Assembly (NCBI RefSeq): GCF_006345805.1
Contig: NC_043006.1
Coordinates: 71,300,001-71,364,000 of the forward strand
DNA: 64,000 nt
Source: Octopus sinensis
Taxonomy: Eukaryota
Direction: 5' to 3'
Positions 1-11,794 of the stretch are shown piece by piece. The position numbers and the translations under genes are program-made. Position 1 is the stretch's first letter. Every line of letters starts with the position of its first letter. The notes beneath the pieces are model-generated. The model worked only from the letters and a program-made list of their open reading frames with translations. It made no database searches and was not told the origin of the DNA.

Positions 1-2730
1 AAGCATTATTTCTAAACTGTATTCCTCACACCTCACCTATTTTACATCAATTTATCCATCAACTAGTATTTTGTTCAGGCAAACCAGGAGTTAGATGCCT
101 TGCTAATGGACATAAGTGTTTGGAGATGAAATTATGGCCATGTAGTCAGTTGTTTAAAACAGCCCCACTGCTTTTCATTTCTCCAAAGTACAAATAATTT
201 TGAAGATATTTACCAACAAGAATTGCTTCAGAAAAGCCCAAATAATATCTGTAGAATCATCCCACCAATGTTCACATGGTTGGGAGAAATGTGCAAAACA
301 AGAACAATGAAATTCTTGAAGAAATAAGTGTAGGCAGGACCATGGGGTTTACAAGTTCACGTGATAATCATGTGCTCCCAATTTTGATCTTATTGTGCAG
401 CAACTTATTGACACCAGTCAAAATCTTCTGGATTTCATTATGCCTGAGTTCAAATCTCACCTAAGTTGCCTTTGCTTTTCCTCCTAGCAACAATAAAAAT
501 CAGTAAGCCCATAAAACATGCTACAACCACCATAGTTGACTGCAGACAAACCCACCTTATAAGCAATTTCAAACTTACTAACATCCATCCCAATTTAACA
601 TTTCAACTGGCCATATCCAGCCCAGATAGTTTGTTTTATGTTCAAACAAGCCAGATCTGATCTCTCACACCTACCCTACAATGCCATTCTAAAAATGAAA
701 ATCACATAATTGAACTCAAAGTTACAAGATAATGCCTATTAATTCAAAACAATGTAAAATAATCTTTACATTTGACAGAAAATTCCGAATACTTAGGAGA
801 TAAACCGTTTCAATTCCTCACCAATCCTCTATATAACCCCAAGCCAAACACTTCACTCAATTTTTCCATTAAAAAAATTGTATCACACCAAAATCACCAT
901 ACCCTAACAGACTATATAAATCACTGGCATCAGTTAAAATTCATCTTCTGTGCTGGTATGGATTGGACAGTTTCCAATAACTCAAGGGACTGCAATGAGT
1001 TCCAATGCTACTTTGGCATGGCCTCTACAGCTGGATACCCTTCTCAACACCAACCACCTTTCAATGTATTGGGTACTTTTTCCATGGGACCAGCACAAAT
1101 GAGGTCACAATGTAACTCACAAGACTAAAAAGAGTCCCCTTGTTTGAGAGGGAGGCAACTTTATACTAAATGTTAAAGTAGGATATAAAAACAATAGGTT
1201 TGTTGCTATGGGAGATACATGGCTACCCTCCCTGCACTGCATTATATTAAAGGTGGATGGGAATAGCTTGGAAGAGAGATGAAGATGGTGGTGACAGATG
1301 TTTGGGCATACCCTTAAAGTAGATGAAAGGTAGAAGAGAGAATGAGGTAAGATCAAAAAGGCTGGGTGGGTAAAGTTTGCAACAGTGTGGAAGGGGAGTG
1401 ACAGATGGTTAGCAATGGGGTAGAGATGAACATAGCAAATGGTAAAGTAGATTCATGGTCAATGGTAAACGAGTTAAAGGGGAAGAAATATACATTCAGT
1501 AGGGAAGTGATGAGTAGCAGGAAAACTGCCGAGTATACAGGTAGGGTATAAAGATTACCAGAGTATAGCAGGAAGAGAGCAAATGAGATGTACAGTAACA
1601 AGGATGGTGGAGGTCGAAGTGAATACAATGAATAGCAAAAGGTGGGGGTTGCCAATGGCAGATACACGTGTCAAGAATGAAATATGAGTATCAATAGGAC
1701 ATAGTTAAGGAGAGATGAGAGACAGAAAGATAACTGGTAGTACATAAAGGAGATCAATGAGAAATAAAAGTGAGAAGAGACAAATATCAAAGGAAAGTGA
1801 TTCTAAACAGCATAGAAAAAGGATGAAATACATAGTTCTGTTCTCATTTAATTAGATGAGTGATGGGCTTGACAGGGACAATTCAGGTATGGGACCAGAT
1901 GTATGTATACACGTAAACATAATGCTTTTAGGACTAGTTTTGCTGTGCTTAACCCTTTCGTTACCAACCCGGCTCTTGCTCTGAATACATATGTCTTGTT
2001 TTCATAAGTTTTGAATCAACATCTTCCACTAAACCTAGCTGAACGATAACTAAGTTATTTTGGTAAATTCTTTGTTATATTTAAAGTAATTGAAAGAAAC
2101 AAAAAGCATCTCAAAATAAATGCAGTAATGAAAGAGATAAGACCTGTCCAACACTACAAATCCCCAAATCATCTGTTTTTTGTTGCCTCCTGTATGAGGC
2201 TCGACGTCTTGAGAACAGCCTTCATTACTTCTGTTCCAGGTTGTCTAATTTCCCTCTTTCAAAGGTTCTTTTCACATAAAACAATCAACACTCATCCATA
2301 TATATATGCCTGTACCAATGCAATTTTCTTTTTTGTACACTACATCTGATTTCTCATTTGCCCTACAACATTCATATACACTGGTACTACACATCCAGTG
2401 GCGCATGCTAGATTCATTTCTTTCTCATTTTCACAAGTCCTTTGCATTCAGGACCCATATCTCAGCAGTACAGTGTATACACAGGCCTCATACATTGCCT
2501 TGCAGCCCATTCTTATTTTAGCAACTATATTTTCAGAAAATACTTCTCCATTATTCAATCACTTAGGTAAAAATTTCTACCTAAACCTTTTCTACTTATT
2601 GAGCAAGGCCATTCTCCTGAAGGAACCAGTCCTGTTTATTTTCCTGATTACTAGAATTTTGGTTTTCGCTAAGTTAACTTTAAAGCCCTTTAACTCTACA
2701 TTTTACTTCTCATACAAAGGAATTCTTTTT

Positions 2731-3302
2731 GGTACTTTTTGGGGTACTACTTAAGAAGAGTGGTCCCAGTGCACACACTCGCATGCTTGTGCATCTGCAC
2801 TGGCTAGTCGTGACTAGTCAATCCTTACTTTGTGTTTGTGTTTTATTTACTTTGTTTAAAAAATTATTTACTTTGTGTTTTAAAAAAAACTATTTTGTGT
2901 TTTATTTACTTTGCTAGGTAGTCGTTTTAGGATCGACTAGTCATGACTAGCTAGCGCGGATGCGCGTGCCGGGACCACTCTTCTTAAGTAGTACCCTTTT
3001 TGGTTACCTCACCCCCATTAAACTATTGGATTATCTCCCTACGTTTTGGGGGAAATATTGATAAACATGAAAACTAGAAAGATTAATAAACACGAAAACT
3101 GAAAAAATTAAACATCTTATTGAATCTAATAACATTTTTATAACAAATTATACCATGCCTATTGAAGAGGCAAAATGTCAACATGTTGAAATACTGAATC
3201 AAAAGGATCCCTTTTAATCCAATCTCGTTGCTACATTAACTTGATTTTTTAGTGGGGAGGTAACCCAATTCTTAAATGGGAGTGAGATAACCAAAAAGTA
3301 CC
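2731..3302. mobile_element. Non-autonomous DNA transposon (outer), GGTAC-terminal TIRs of about 50 bp, 8-bp TSD; Merlin-like
   Basis: After removing the inner element, the left end GGTACTTTTTGGTTACCTCACCCCCATTAAACTATTGG matches the reverse complement of the right end. Flanks are TTCTTTTT (2723-2730) and TTCTTTTC (3303-3310). Confidence 0.75.
2743..2995. mobile_element. MITE (inner), perfect 25-bp TIR GGTACTACTTAAGAAGAGTGGTCCC, 8-bp TSD CTTTTTGG; Merlin-like
   Basis: TIRs at 2743-2767 and 2971-2995. Identical TSD at 2735-2742 and 2996-3003. A second internal inverted block (GCTAGTCRTGACTAGTCRATCCT) is present. Confidence 0.88.
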
Positions 3303-4849
3303 TTCTTTTCTATTAAATTCAGTGATAAGAAGGTGGTCATCAGCATATAGGAGTTCCCACAGGAAACTTGTATATCTTCCCCACTGTTCCAACAATTCAA
3401 ATATTGAAAAATGAAGTATTCCAAAATATCTCAATCCCACAGTATGAAAAAGAGAGAGAAGCAAAATCATCAGTGTCAGACAAAATGCTTTGTAGCATTG
3501 CTTCCAGCTCTTTATATTGAGTTCAAACCCTATCAAAGTCAATTTATCAAAGTACCAATCAAGTACTGGAGTCAATGATATTGACTAACCACCCACTCCC
3601 TTCAAAAATGCTGCCTTGTGCCTAGATTAGAAATAAATATTGAGAACCCATTCGTCCTACCATACAACAGTGAAGGTTAATTTATAAAGCTTTGTACAGA
3701 TACTGAAAGCTATTTTAGACAATTTATTACAATTAGCCCAAATCTTATACGTTAAAACAGACCAAGTGAGAGAAGCATTGCCTGATTTGTAGTCAATGTA
3801 ACTCAGAGAAAGTTCATGGGAGTTGTTAAGGCAAGTACAGGCAAGTTATAAGACACTAGCTTTTTCAGAACCCTGTCAGCAAACCACAAGATTAAAGTGT
3901 TCTTTTTTCCATTTTTGTGGTGTTTTTAAACAACTTAGTTATGAAAGGATTTAAAATTTGAATGCAGATAAATGGTTCCCCTGCTCTACTTGTTCCTCGA
4001 TCTGCTAGAAAAAGCAGTAAAATCAATTTTAATATGACATTGGATAATAGTAGGGTAACAAAAGCTGTTTTGCAGGGACAGCTGAGCAGACAAAGACTTA
4101 TTTCTACATTTTTCTTTTACTTGTTTCAGTCATTTGACTGCAGCCATGCTGGAGCACTACCTTTAGTCGAATCAAATTGACCCCAGGACTTATTTTTTGT
4201 AAGCCTAGTACTTATTCTATCGGTCTTCTTTGCCAAACCGCTAAGTTACAGGGACAAACACAGATACACGCATACATATATATATATGCGGCGGGCTTTC
4301 AGATTCCATCTACCAAATACACTCACAAGGCTTTGGTCGGCCTGAGTATAATAGAAGACACTTGCCCAAGGTGCCACGCAGTGTGACTGAACCTTGAACC
4401 ATGGGGTCGGTAAGCAAGCTGCTTACCACACAGCCACTTCATTGTCACCTTTTCATCACCACCCTAATTTTAAAATATATGTTGCCTATAGCACAGTACC
4501 CACCCAAACAAAATAATGAGTATTCAAAACATTATATAACTGCGATTTTCAAAAATTTTTTATCCAAAGCTATAAGTATTAAGACACACCAACTACAAAT
4601 AAGGTATTACCCCCACCTCCGACTTTGTTTCCTCATAACTGTCAAAAAATGTGTCTTTTCCTGAACTTTTGTATCGATACATTTTCGAGGATATAGATTA
4701 CTATTTATATTGATGCTCTTGCCTGCCCAACACCAATAGCCAAGCAAAGTTATTTTTTTCATTTTTTTAACAGATACATATTTGAAACATCAACATAACG
4801 CAGCTTACACTCTCGAAAACGTATTTCTGCAAAATGTCATTTCAAAACA

Positions 4850-5620
4850 GTTTAAATGGGTTATAAAGAAACAAATATAGTGGAGAATGACCCGAAACTC
4901 GTCCGAAAAGAAATATCGTATGTTATCAACATACGCGTAATCTACAACATCGGAAACGTTACTATGCAAAATTCCATGAAATGATACGCATTTAAAACTT
5001 AAGAAAGGAACACTAATCTGTAGTTAATGACGTGACACTTTCAATATTCCGAAAGTGAAACAGTTCTAATGCTTTCATTATCCAGTAACAGAAAAACACC
5101 ACTACCACCACCACGGCACAGCGTCTTTGACTAAAAAATTAATTTCTTTCAAAGATCAGCAATTTCCTTGCTTTTCATCGTTCTGGAATCAATACAAGTA
5201 ATACAAAGGAATGACATTCAGTCACCCAGGTATCCTCTCTGCTAAGGTACCGCGATTAAACAGCTAACTACCAATTTCAAAATTCAAATATTTCCACTTC
5301 CGGGTTCGACAATAAATACATCATCGGCAGATTATCCATCCCTCCTAAATATCATTAGAAACATTACGAGCGATTTAAATATGACGAACTTATTTAGTCC
5401 CTGTGCTTCGCGATTGGTGGCGAAGGGGGGCACCTAAAACAAGGGTAATATCATTAAGTCTCGCGTATTAACAGTAAAAAGTAGTACCCGTAAGTCAATT
5501 TTAAAGTAACGAGAAATGTTTTGAACGCTCAATCCCAAATATAAAGATTTTAGAAAACAAAATGTGGGCCGAATACACAGAAAAACCGGTACCTAATTTA
5601 CATATTCGTGTAATGCAATT
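4850..5620. promoter_or_regulatory. CpG-retaining promoter-like patch, possibly minus-oriented
   Basis: Non-repeat CpG-rich DNA with CACTTCCGG (ETS, 5295-5303), GATTGG (inverted CCAAT, about 5411) and TGACGT. A candidate minus donor GAGT|GTAAGC lies near 4808. Confidence 0.35.
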
Positions 5621-6053
5621 TTAAAGTAATTATTATGAAAAAAGTCGAGGGTGTCAATTCATAGAGATTAGACTGCTAGGCGCATACATAGTTGTGCGGT
5701 TAAGCTTGCACCCCGACCAGATGGTTTCGGGTTCGGTTCCACAACGTGGCACCCTGGGCAAAGTGTCTCCTACAATAGCAGCCCGGGGTTGACCTATGCT
5801 TTAGTGGATTTGGTAGACGGAAACAGAAACAAGCAATGTATATATATAATGTATATAAAATGCGCGTGTCCCCTTGCCAATGGATGTCGGTCATACAAGC
5901 AGTGTCATTCATTTCTGATATCCTGCAAAAACTTGTCCGGCCATGTGGATTTATCATCCTGGATGGAAACAGGTGACTAGAAAAAATGCCTCAAAAATCT
6001 ACATCCATCCCATGCAAGCATGGAAAAGTCAACGTTAAAATGAAAAATATACT

Positions 6054-6100
<47 letters not shown>

Positions 6101-6559
6101 AAGATTAGGTGAAAGATATTCAGCGAAGTAAATCTAAATGGGATAGTATGGTAGAAACTTCGATTATATATTATATGTGTGTATGTATGTACATACACAC
6201 CCGCGTGTGTGTAAAAATAAATATATATGTATATATATATATATATATATATAACACAACTTTAAAATTTTGGTAAATTTTTCTTTTAATTGGGTTCGGT
6301 TCTGGTTTAGTTCTTGATCAGCTTCAATTCAATCCAAAATTGAACAAAAAAAACCTCCGGCCATGACCATCTTATCTGTTTCACTATCTTAGAGACATTA
6401 TCCGAAATGCTATTTATAGTTTTAAGACGACAAGGTGAGATTTTAGACATATGGCTGCTATTGCTAGCAGTCAACTCACCGCGTGGAGGCTACCCTCGTT
6501 TTCCCCCCCAAATTACGGAGGTAAAATAAAAATGAATACTTATATGTGGACTTAGGACT

Positions 6560-6738
6560 TCCAAAAGATAAATCTATACACACAAACGGATTTCATACAT
6601 TATATACATACACATAATATACAGTATGTGATTATCATGTATATATAAATTAAATTATACTTATTAATTTATATGCATATTCAGAGACCCATGTTTATAC
6701 ATCCACACATGCATTATACGATATATTTCGTATATATA

Positions 6739-6777
<39 letters not shown>

Positions 6778-7030
6778 CATACATGTATTATAAAATATAC
6801 ATATATGCATTACATACATAAAGGTATTTCTTTAACATGCATATATTCCCTATATGTATATTTAAAAATATCTATAAAATATTACAAACAATACATGCAA
6901 ATATATATTGCACATATATTGTATATGCATAAATATATATTATACAAAGACGTATATAATATGTATATATATATTATATTTATGCATATCTGTAATATAT
7001 TTTATATTTATACATATATGGATGTATAAA
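6560..7030. repeat. Cryptic (TA/TACA)-rich low-complexity block
   Basis: Almost exclusively AT with degenerate TATA/TACA repeats. The overlapping ORF 6673-7029 is Y/I/H-rich noise. Confidence 0.8.
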
Positions 7031-7109
7031 TATAGTGAACATTGAGCGGTAGTATATCTATACAATAGAGACATATAGATACTAGAATGTTCTATGGTGG
7101 CATTTGAAA

Positions 7110-7860
7110 AAAAAAAAGACGCAGCACAGAAGCGTCTTGAATCGGCAGAGGGTAAAAAAAAACGGCTTTAATTTGGCGAAAACCCACAATTAAATTAATA
7201 ATATGTTCACTATATCGACAAAAAACGACACCTGCGAAACTATTCAGTGAAACTTCAGGGCGGACAAAAAGTGTGAATAAATAAAAAAAATAAAGTTTGC
7301 TTCGGAAGCCCGGTAGACCTCATACTTACCCTTCTGTATTCGCCATTTTTCTCTTAACTAATGTGATACCATGTGCGGAATAGTCACTGCTGCACGTGCT
7401 TATACACTTCAACTTCCTGCTTGGTAATTGATCATTTATATTATTTTAAAAAAAAAAAGAGAAAAATGTCGGAACCTTTCGAAATAAATGTTAAAAAATA
7501 AAATTTAGCAAAATATTAGGAATTAATATTTATTTGAATTATTTGACGTTCGCTTTTAATATTTAAAAAGACGTGTTTCTCACCCATATACACATGCAGA
7601 AAACTCACAAACACACACATATATATATATACTTATATACATACATGTAAATAGTAAGTAAATTTTAATGAATTATGAATTTTTATTTATTTTTTGCGTA
7701 CTTAATTAAATAAATTGCCGTCAACCGCGAATTATAATTGTGCGCGTGGAGAGAGAGAGAAAGAAAGAGATTTAAAGAATATTAACCAATGAGATATCAT
7801 ATCATCCGTTACCCCTTGACACGGTGTTTGGCATGTCAGTGGAATGTAAGTTAGATTTAT
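7110..7860. promoter_or_regulatory. Probable bidirectional promoter (minus-strand gene / DUSP19 5' UTR exon)
   Basis: Locally CpG-rich. Contains ETS-like CGGAAG (about 7303) and ACTTCCTG (7412-7419), a CACGTG E-box, CCAAT near 7787, and candidate + donors at 7424 (TTG|GTAATT) and 7846 (AAT|GTAAGT). DUSP19 needs an upstream non-coding exon. Confidence 0.45.
7330..7346 (-). CDS. Probable first coding mini-exon of an unidentified minus-strand gene (M-A-N-T-E-G...)
   Basis: The minus strand reads AAAAATGGCG AAT ACA GAA GG|GTAAGTATG. This is a YY1-type AAAATGGCG start context followed by a consensus donor, inside a CpG-retaining patch. No downstream exon was identified. Confidence 0.5.
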
Positions 7861-8670
7861 TTTCACATTAGGCTTCGTATACATATAAATATATATGTGT
7901 GTGAGAGAGAGAGAGTTGTGAATTATTTATAATTTAATGTAAGAAAATTATCTATCATTCCTCACTCTATTTTTTGTTCTATATATCATATACTCTATTA
8001 AAGAAACAATTTCTCCCTCCTTTCCTTGAAACGCCCATCCTAACTCAGTGTTGGTGAAAACAAAGGTAGAAATGTCACTTTGACCATGAACTTTCTACCC
8101 TTATACAACATCCTAGATCTGATTGGAATTATAAATAGAAAACTTTACGCCACTAACGAAGACAGTGCTTCAGCTTGGCCGTGACCGTAAAACCTAAAAC
8201 AATCTGAATAACTATGAGCAAGGCGGATACAACTGGTATATTTTCATTGTCGAATGAATAATTACCTTTAAAATTTAAAAGACACTCGCTTCTTAAAGGT
8301 ATATATTTTAGGGGAAGATAAAATACTTGCAATCACAAATGCAGTTTTAACTAAAAAGAAAAACCTCTACGCAGTCACATTATTACTCAAAAGTTTTCTT
8401 ATTTAGCCCCAGGTTAGCCCTAATAGAGCAAACATATGATCAGATAATCATTTACCTGGCGAGTACATTTCCGAAACATCTAGAACTACATTTGTTTCTC
8501 GTATTCTAAGATGTTGTGTCATGAGGGTTGGTGTATCTAACTGTTTGAGCAACCTTATGGGGATGGTGTCATCCGTTGGCTAGTGTTGGATTTTATGTTT
8601 TTAATCAAGAATAATAATGTAGGTAGAATGTCTTCTGTTAAAAGATATACGACCCAAGAAACAAATATCT

Positions 8671-8760
8671 GGCGAAGGTAAAGAATACGCGAACCCGGTT
8701 TTTAGGGTTAAGGTTTTTGTTAGGCCGAAAACGGGTGTTGCGTATTATTTACCTCCACCC
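8671..8760. mobile_element. 90-bp mini-MITE with GG...CC ends, 8-bp TSD AAATATCT and a TTAGGG-like spacer
   Basis: TSD at 8663-8670 and 8761-8768. Imperfect TIRs of about 28 bp (GGCGAAGGTAAAGAATACGC vs reverse complement GGGTGGAGGTAAATAATACGC). Confidence 0.7.
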
Positions 8761-10319
8761 AAATATCTGTTTCAGTATTGGAAGGATGTAGTTTGATTCG
8801 TCATCGGTAAAGTGGCCACTTTAAGCGGAGGACTTGCTCCGCCTGGCGAAAATGGTTTCACTTTCATTGACAGGAGTTCACATCAATGGAACTATTCATT
8901 GTACGACAAGTGCAAATAGCTGAATACTCCATACACATAATAGAAACCTTATTGTAATCCTCAAATAGAATCATTGTGACACCCACCGATTCAGTAGTCT
9001 ACACTCGTGAACCCTGAAGTGGAATCAGTTGACAGCTACCTATTTAGCTGGTCTTTCGCTATTAATTCGTCGTTGATTGCACGCAATATTAGATAAGCTA
9101 CGCGTGAAAACGAAAATGACCACACTAAATTTTGTTTGGCTTTTTCAGACATATATTTATTAATGCAAAAAGTTTATATTTACATCTGTTCAAATATTTG
9201 ATTTAATGAAACAACGTTCATGGAATAGTTAAAAGTTTTCTGTTATACAATACGCTAAATAATATAATGAAAGTAGTTTATAAGCTATTGAAGATGGAAT
9301 GAATAAAGAGAGTTTGCAACTACTATATGCCAATAACGTGTGTATATGTATGATTCAACATTACAAATCTAAGACCAAGTTTTTTGTTGAACCCAACACA
9401 GGCATGTTAAATAAGAAAAGGCAGAAATGGGCAAGAGACCATCTCAGCTTTATGTGAACTGCTCGATGGCTCTGGTCTGGGGTTGAATTCACCAGCTTTT
9501 TATAACTGTAACGAAGTTTCTAGAACTTTGATCAAGCTGTTTAGTAGGAAAATTCACACACTTCCCTTGAAGTTCACCACATCAGCAGTAATAAGTCAAT
9601 CAATACTAATTGGTTGAACCATATTCGCATAGGTGTTAATGCCTTTAATGGCAGTTTGGTAGGCTGTGATCCTGAGCTGGGAAACATGAGATTCAATCCT
9701 ACCATTTGCTACTTTGAGCAATTATCTTCTACTAATAACCCCAGGTCAACTAAAGCCTTATGTGTAGATTTGGTAGGCAGAAACTGAAAGAAGCCTGCTG
9801 TGTGTGTGTTCTTGTCTAAACATCACATGATAGTTGTAAGTAAATATGATTGTTATGCAACAGTGTCCTTAATTTCTAATCTTCCATAAAAACATGTCCA
9901 ATCATGGGGAAATATTACCTTACTTGGAAACAGGTGAGAGCTGGTAACAGAAATGGAATCCAAACTTGGAAAATACACCTCAGTAAATTCCACCCAACCC
10001 ATATGAATATGGAAAAGTGTTCATTAAAACGATAATGATGATGTCCTGGTGTGCAACTTTTCTGGGAGAGCAGTTATTCAGAATAAGAACCAACCCAGTC
10101 TATGGCAACACATTTAAGACATACCAGCATGGAAATCTGAAAAAGCACACTTAAAATATTGATAAATGATGTTGATCAAACAGAATTAGCATGAAAGTGT
10201 GTACTTGGCTGAGTATTCCACATACACTTGTATGTAATTAATATAATATTCAAACAGAATTAGTCTGCCACTCAGTGTGTGCATGTAACTGAATATTCCA
10301 CACACATTTTTACCTTTAA

Positions 10320-11153
10320 CTCTTCAGCATTCAGAATATTCTGTTGAATGTATTGCTTATTTATTCTCGTTATTTTGAATTAATCGTGCATTATTTCATA
10401 GCTTTAAGATTTTGATGATATTATTGATTATGTTTAGAATGACATTCTAAGGTAGGTGTGAGAGGCCAGAGCTGGCTAGTTTCCATATTTATTTTGAGAT
10501 GCTCTGTGTTTCTTTCAATTAATTTTAAATATAGTAAAGAATTTAGTAAAATAACTTAGTTATCATTAAGCTATTGTTAGGAACATAAATTGTGACTAAA
10601 GTTTGGTAGAAGATTTTGATTCAAAACTTATGAAAACAAAACATTTGTAGTACAGATCCAGAGGCAGTTTCAGCTGAGTTAGTATCAAAAGGGTTTAAAA
10701 TATCATGGTGATTTTAATCCTTTTGTCACCATATTTCTGTTGAGATTCTCTGTTTCTTTCAATTAATTTTAAATATAACAAAGAATTTAGTAAAATAACT
10801 TAGTTATCATTAAGCTAGTGTTAGGAACATAAATTGTGACTAAGGTTTGGTGGAAGATTTTCATTCAAAAGTTATGAAAACAAGACATTTGTACTACAGA
10901 GCCAGAGACAGTTTCAGCCTCATTGATATCGAAAGGGATAAACATTAATCCCTTAGCATTCAAATTACTCTATCAAATGTAATGCCTATTTATTCACATC
11001 GTTTTAAATTAATCATGCATTATCTTGTAGCTTCAAGATTTCAATTTTTAGGATGGTATTGTAGGGTAGGTGAGAGAGGCCAAATCTGGCCATTTTGAAC
11101 ATAAAGTAGGTAGAATATTTTGGCCTGATATGACCAATTTAAATGGTAAAGAG
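10320..11153. mobile_element. Stack of four piggyBac-like MITEs from two families
   Basis: TTAA-C(C/T)C(T)TT...AAAG(G/A)G-TTAA type ends at 10316-10320, 10693, 10714-10718, 10937, 10945-10949 and 11153-11157. The two central units (about 10481-10693 and 10718-10937) are direct copies. Confidence 0.7.
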
Positions 11154-11375
11154 TTAATGTAATCCTCAATCTTACACTATATGAGCTATTTGTGTATTCC
11201 CTTAACATAATTCAGCATGATATTGTATATGATACTTTTTTTTTTACATTGTCTCTGTCCATTCATTCCTGCCTTTTCCTTAATGCTAACTGCAAAGAGA
11301 GCCAAAACTGTACCTCTACTAATACAATTTGTTCTATCACCCTGACATGTATGTGTGTGTGTATATATATATATA

Positions 11376-11770
11376 GGCGCAGGAGTGGCTGTGTGGTAAG
11401 TAGCTTGCTAACCAACCACATGGTTCCGGGTTCAGTCCCACTGCGTGGCATCTTAGGCAAATGTCTTCTGCTATAGCCCCGGGCCGACCAATGCCTTGTG
11501 AGTGGATTTGGTAGACGGAAACTGAAAGAAGCCTGTCGTATATATGTATATATATGTATGTATGTATGTTTCTGTGTCTCTGTTTGTCCCCCTAGCATTA
11601 CTTGACAACCGATGCTGGTGTGTTTACGTCCCCGTCACTTAGCGGTTCGGCAAAAAGAGACCGATAGAATAAGTACTGGGCTTACAAAGAATAAATCCCG
11701 GGGTCGATTTGGTCGACTAAAGGCGGTGCTCCAGCATGGCCGCAGTCAAATGACTGAAACAAGTAAAAAA
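11376..11770 (+). mobile_element. Young full-length tRNA-head SINE with internal (TA)/(TG) microsatellite
   Basis: A-box-like TGGCTGTGTGG and B-box-like GGTTCAGTCCC with CpGs retained. Near-identical inverted copy at 60801-61204. Older copies at about 4110-4438 (-), 31645-32040, 23270-24700, 40200, 41210, 45650, 50240 and 56390. Confidence 0.85.
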
Positions 11771-11794
11771 AAAAAAAATATATATATATATATA

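Larger units (their letters stand above)
2310..3365 (-). mobile_element. Decayed RTE-clade LINE RT fragment interrupted by nested MITEs
   Basis: The minus strand encodes WELLYADD (about 3335-3360). After removing 2731-3302 it continues into KGFKVNLAKTKILV and a Cys-rich segment, colinear with the copy at 20410-20740. Confidence 0.75.

Noticed and set aside
1120-1860. Purine-rich strand-asymmetric stretch with ORFs 1117-1356 and 1353-1667
   Set aside because: It is possibly a very old retroelement remnant, but I could not recover any diagnostic motif. Not called.
3890-4005. Candidate second exon for the MANTEG gene (minus acceptor near 4003)
   Set aside because: The required phase gives an immediate stop, and the other phase yields a short featureless peptide with no donor.
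8700-8725. Interstitial telomere
   Set aside because: Only two or three degenerate TTAGGG-like units are present, and they form the spacer of a TSD-flanked MITE.
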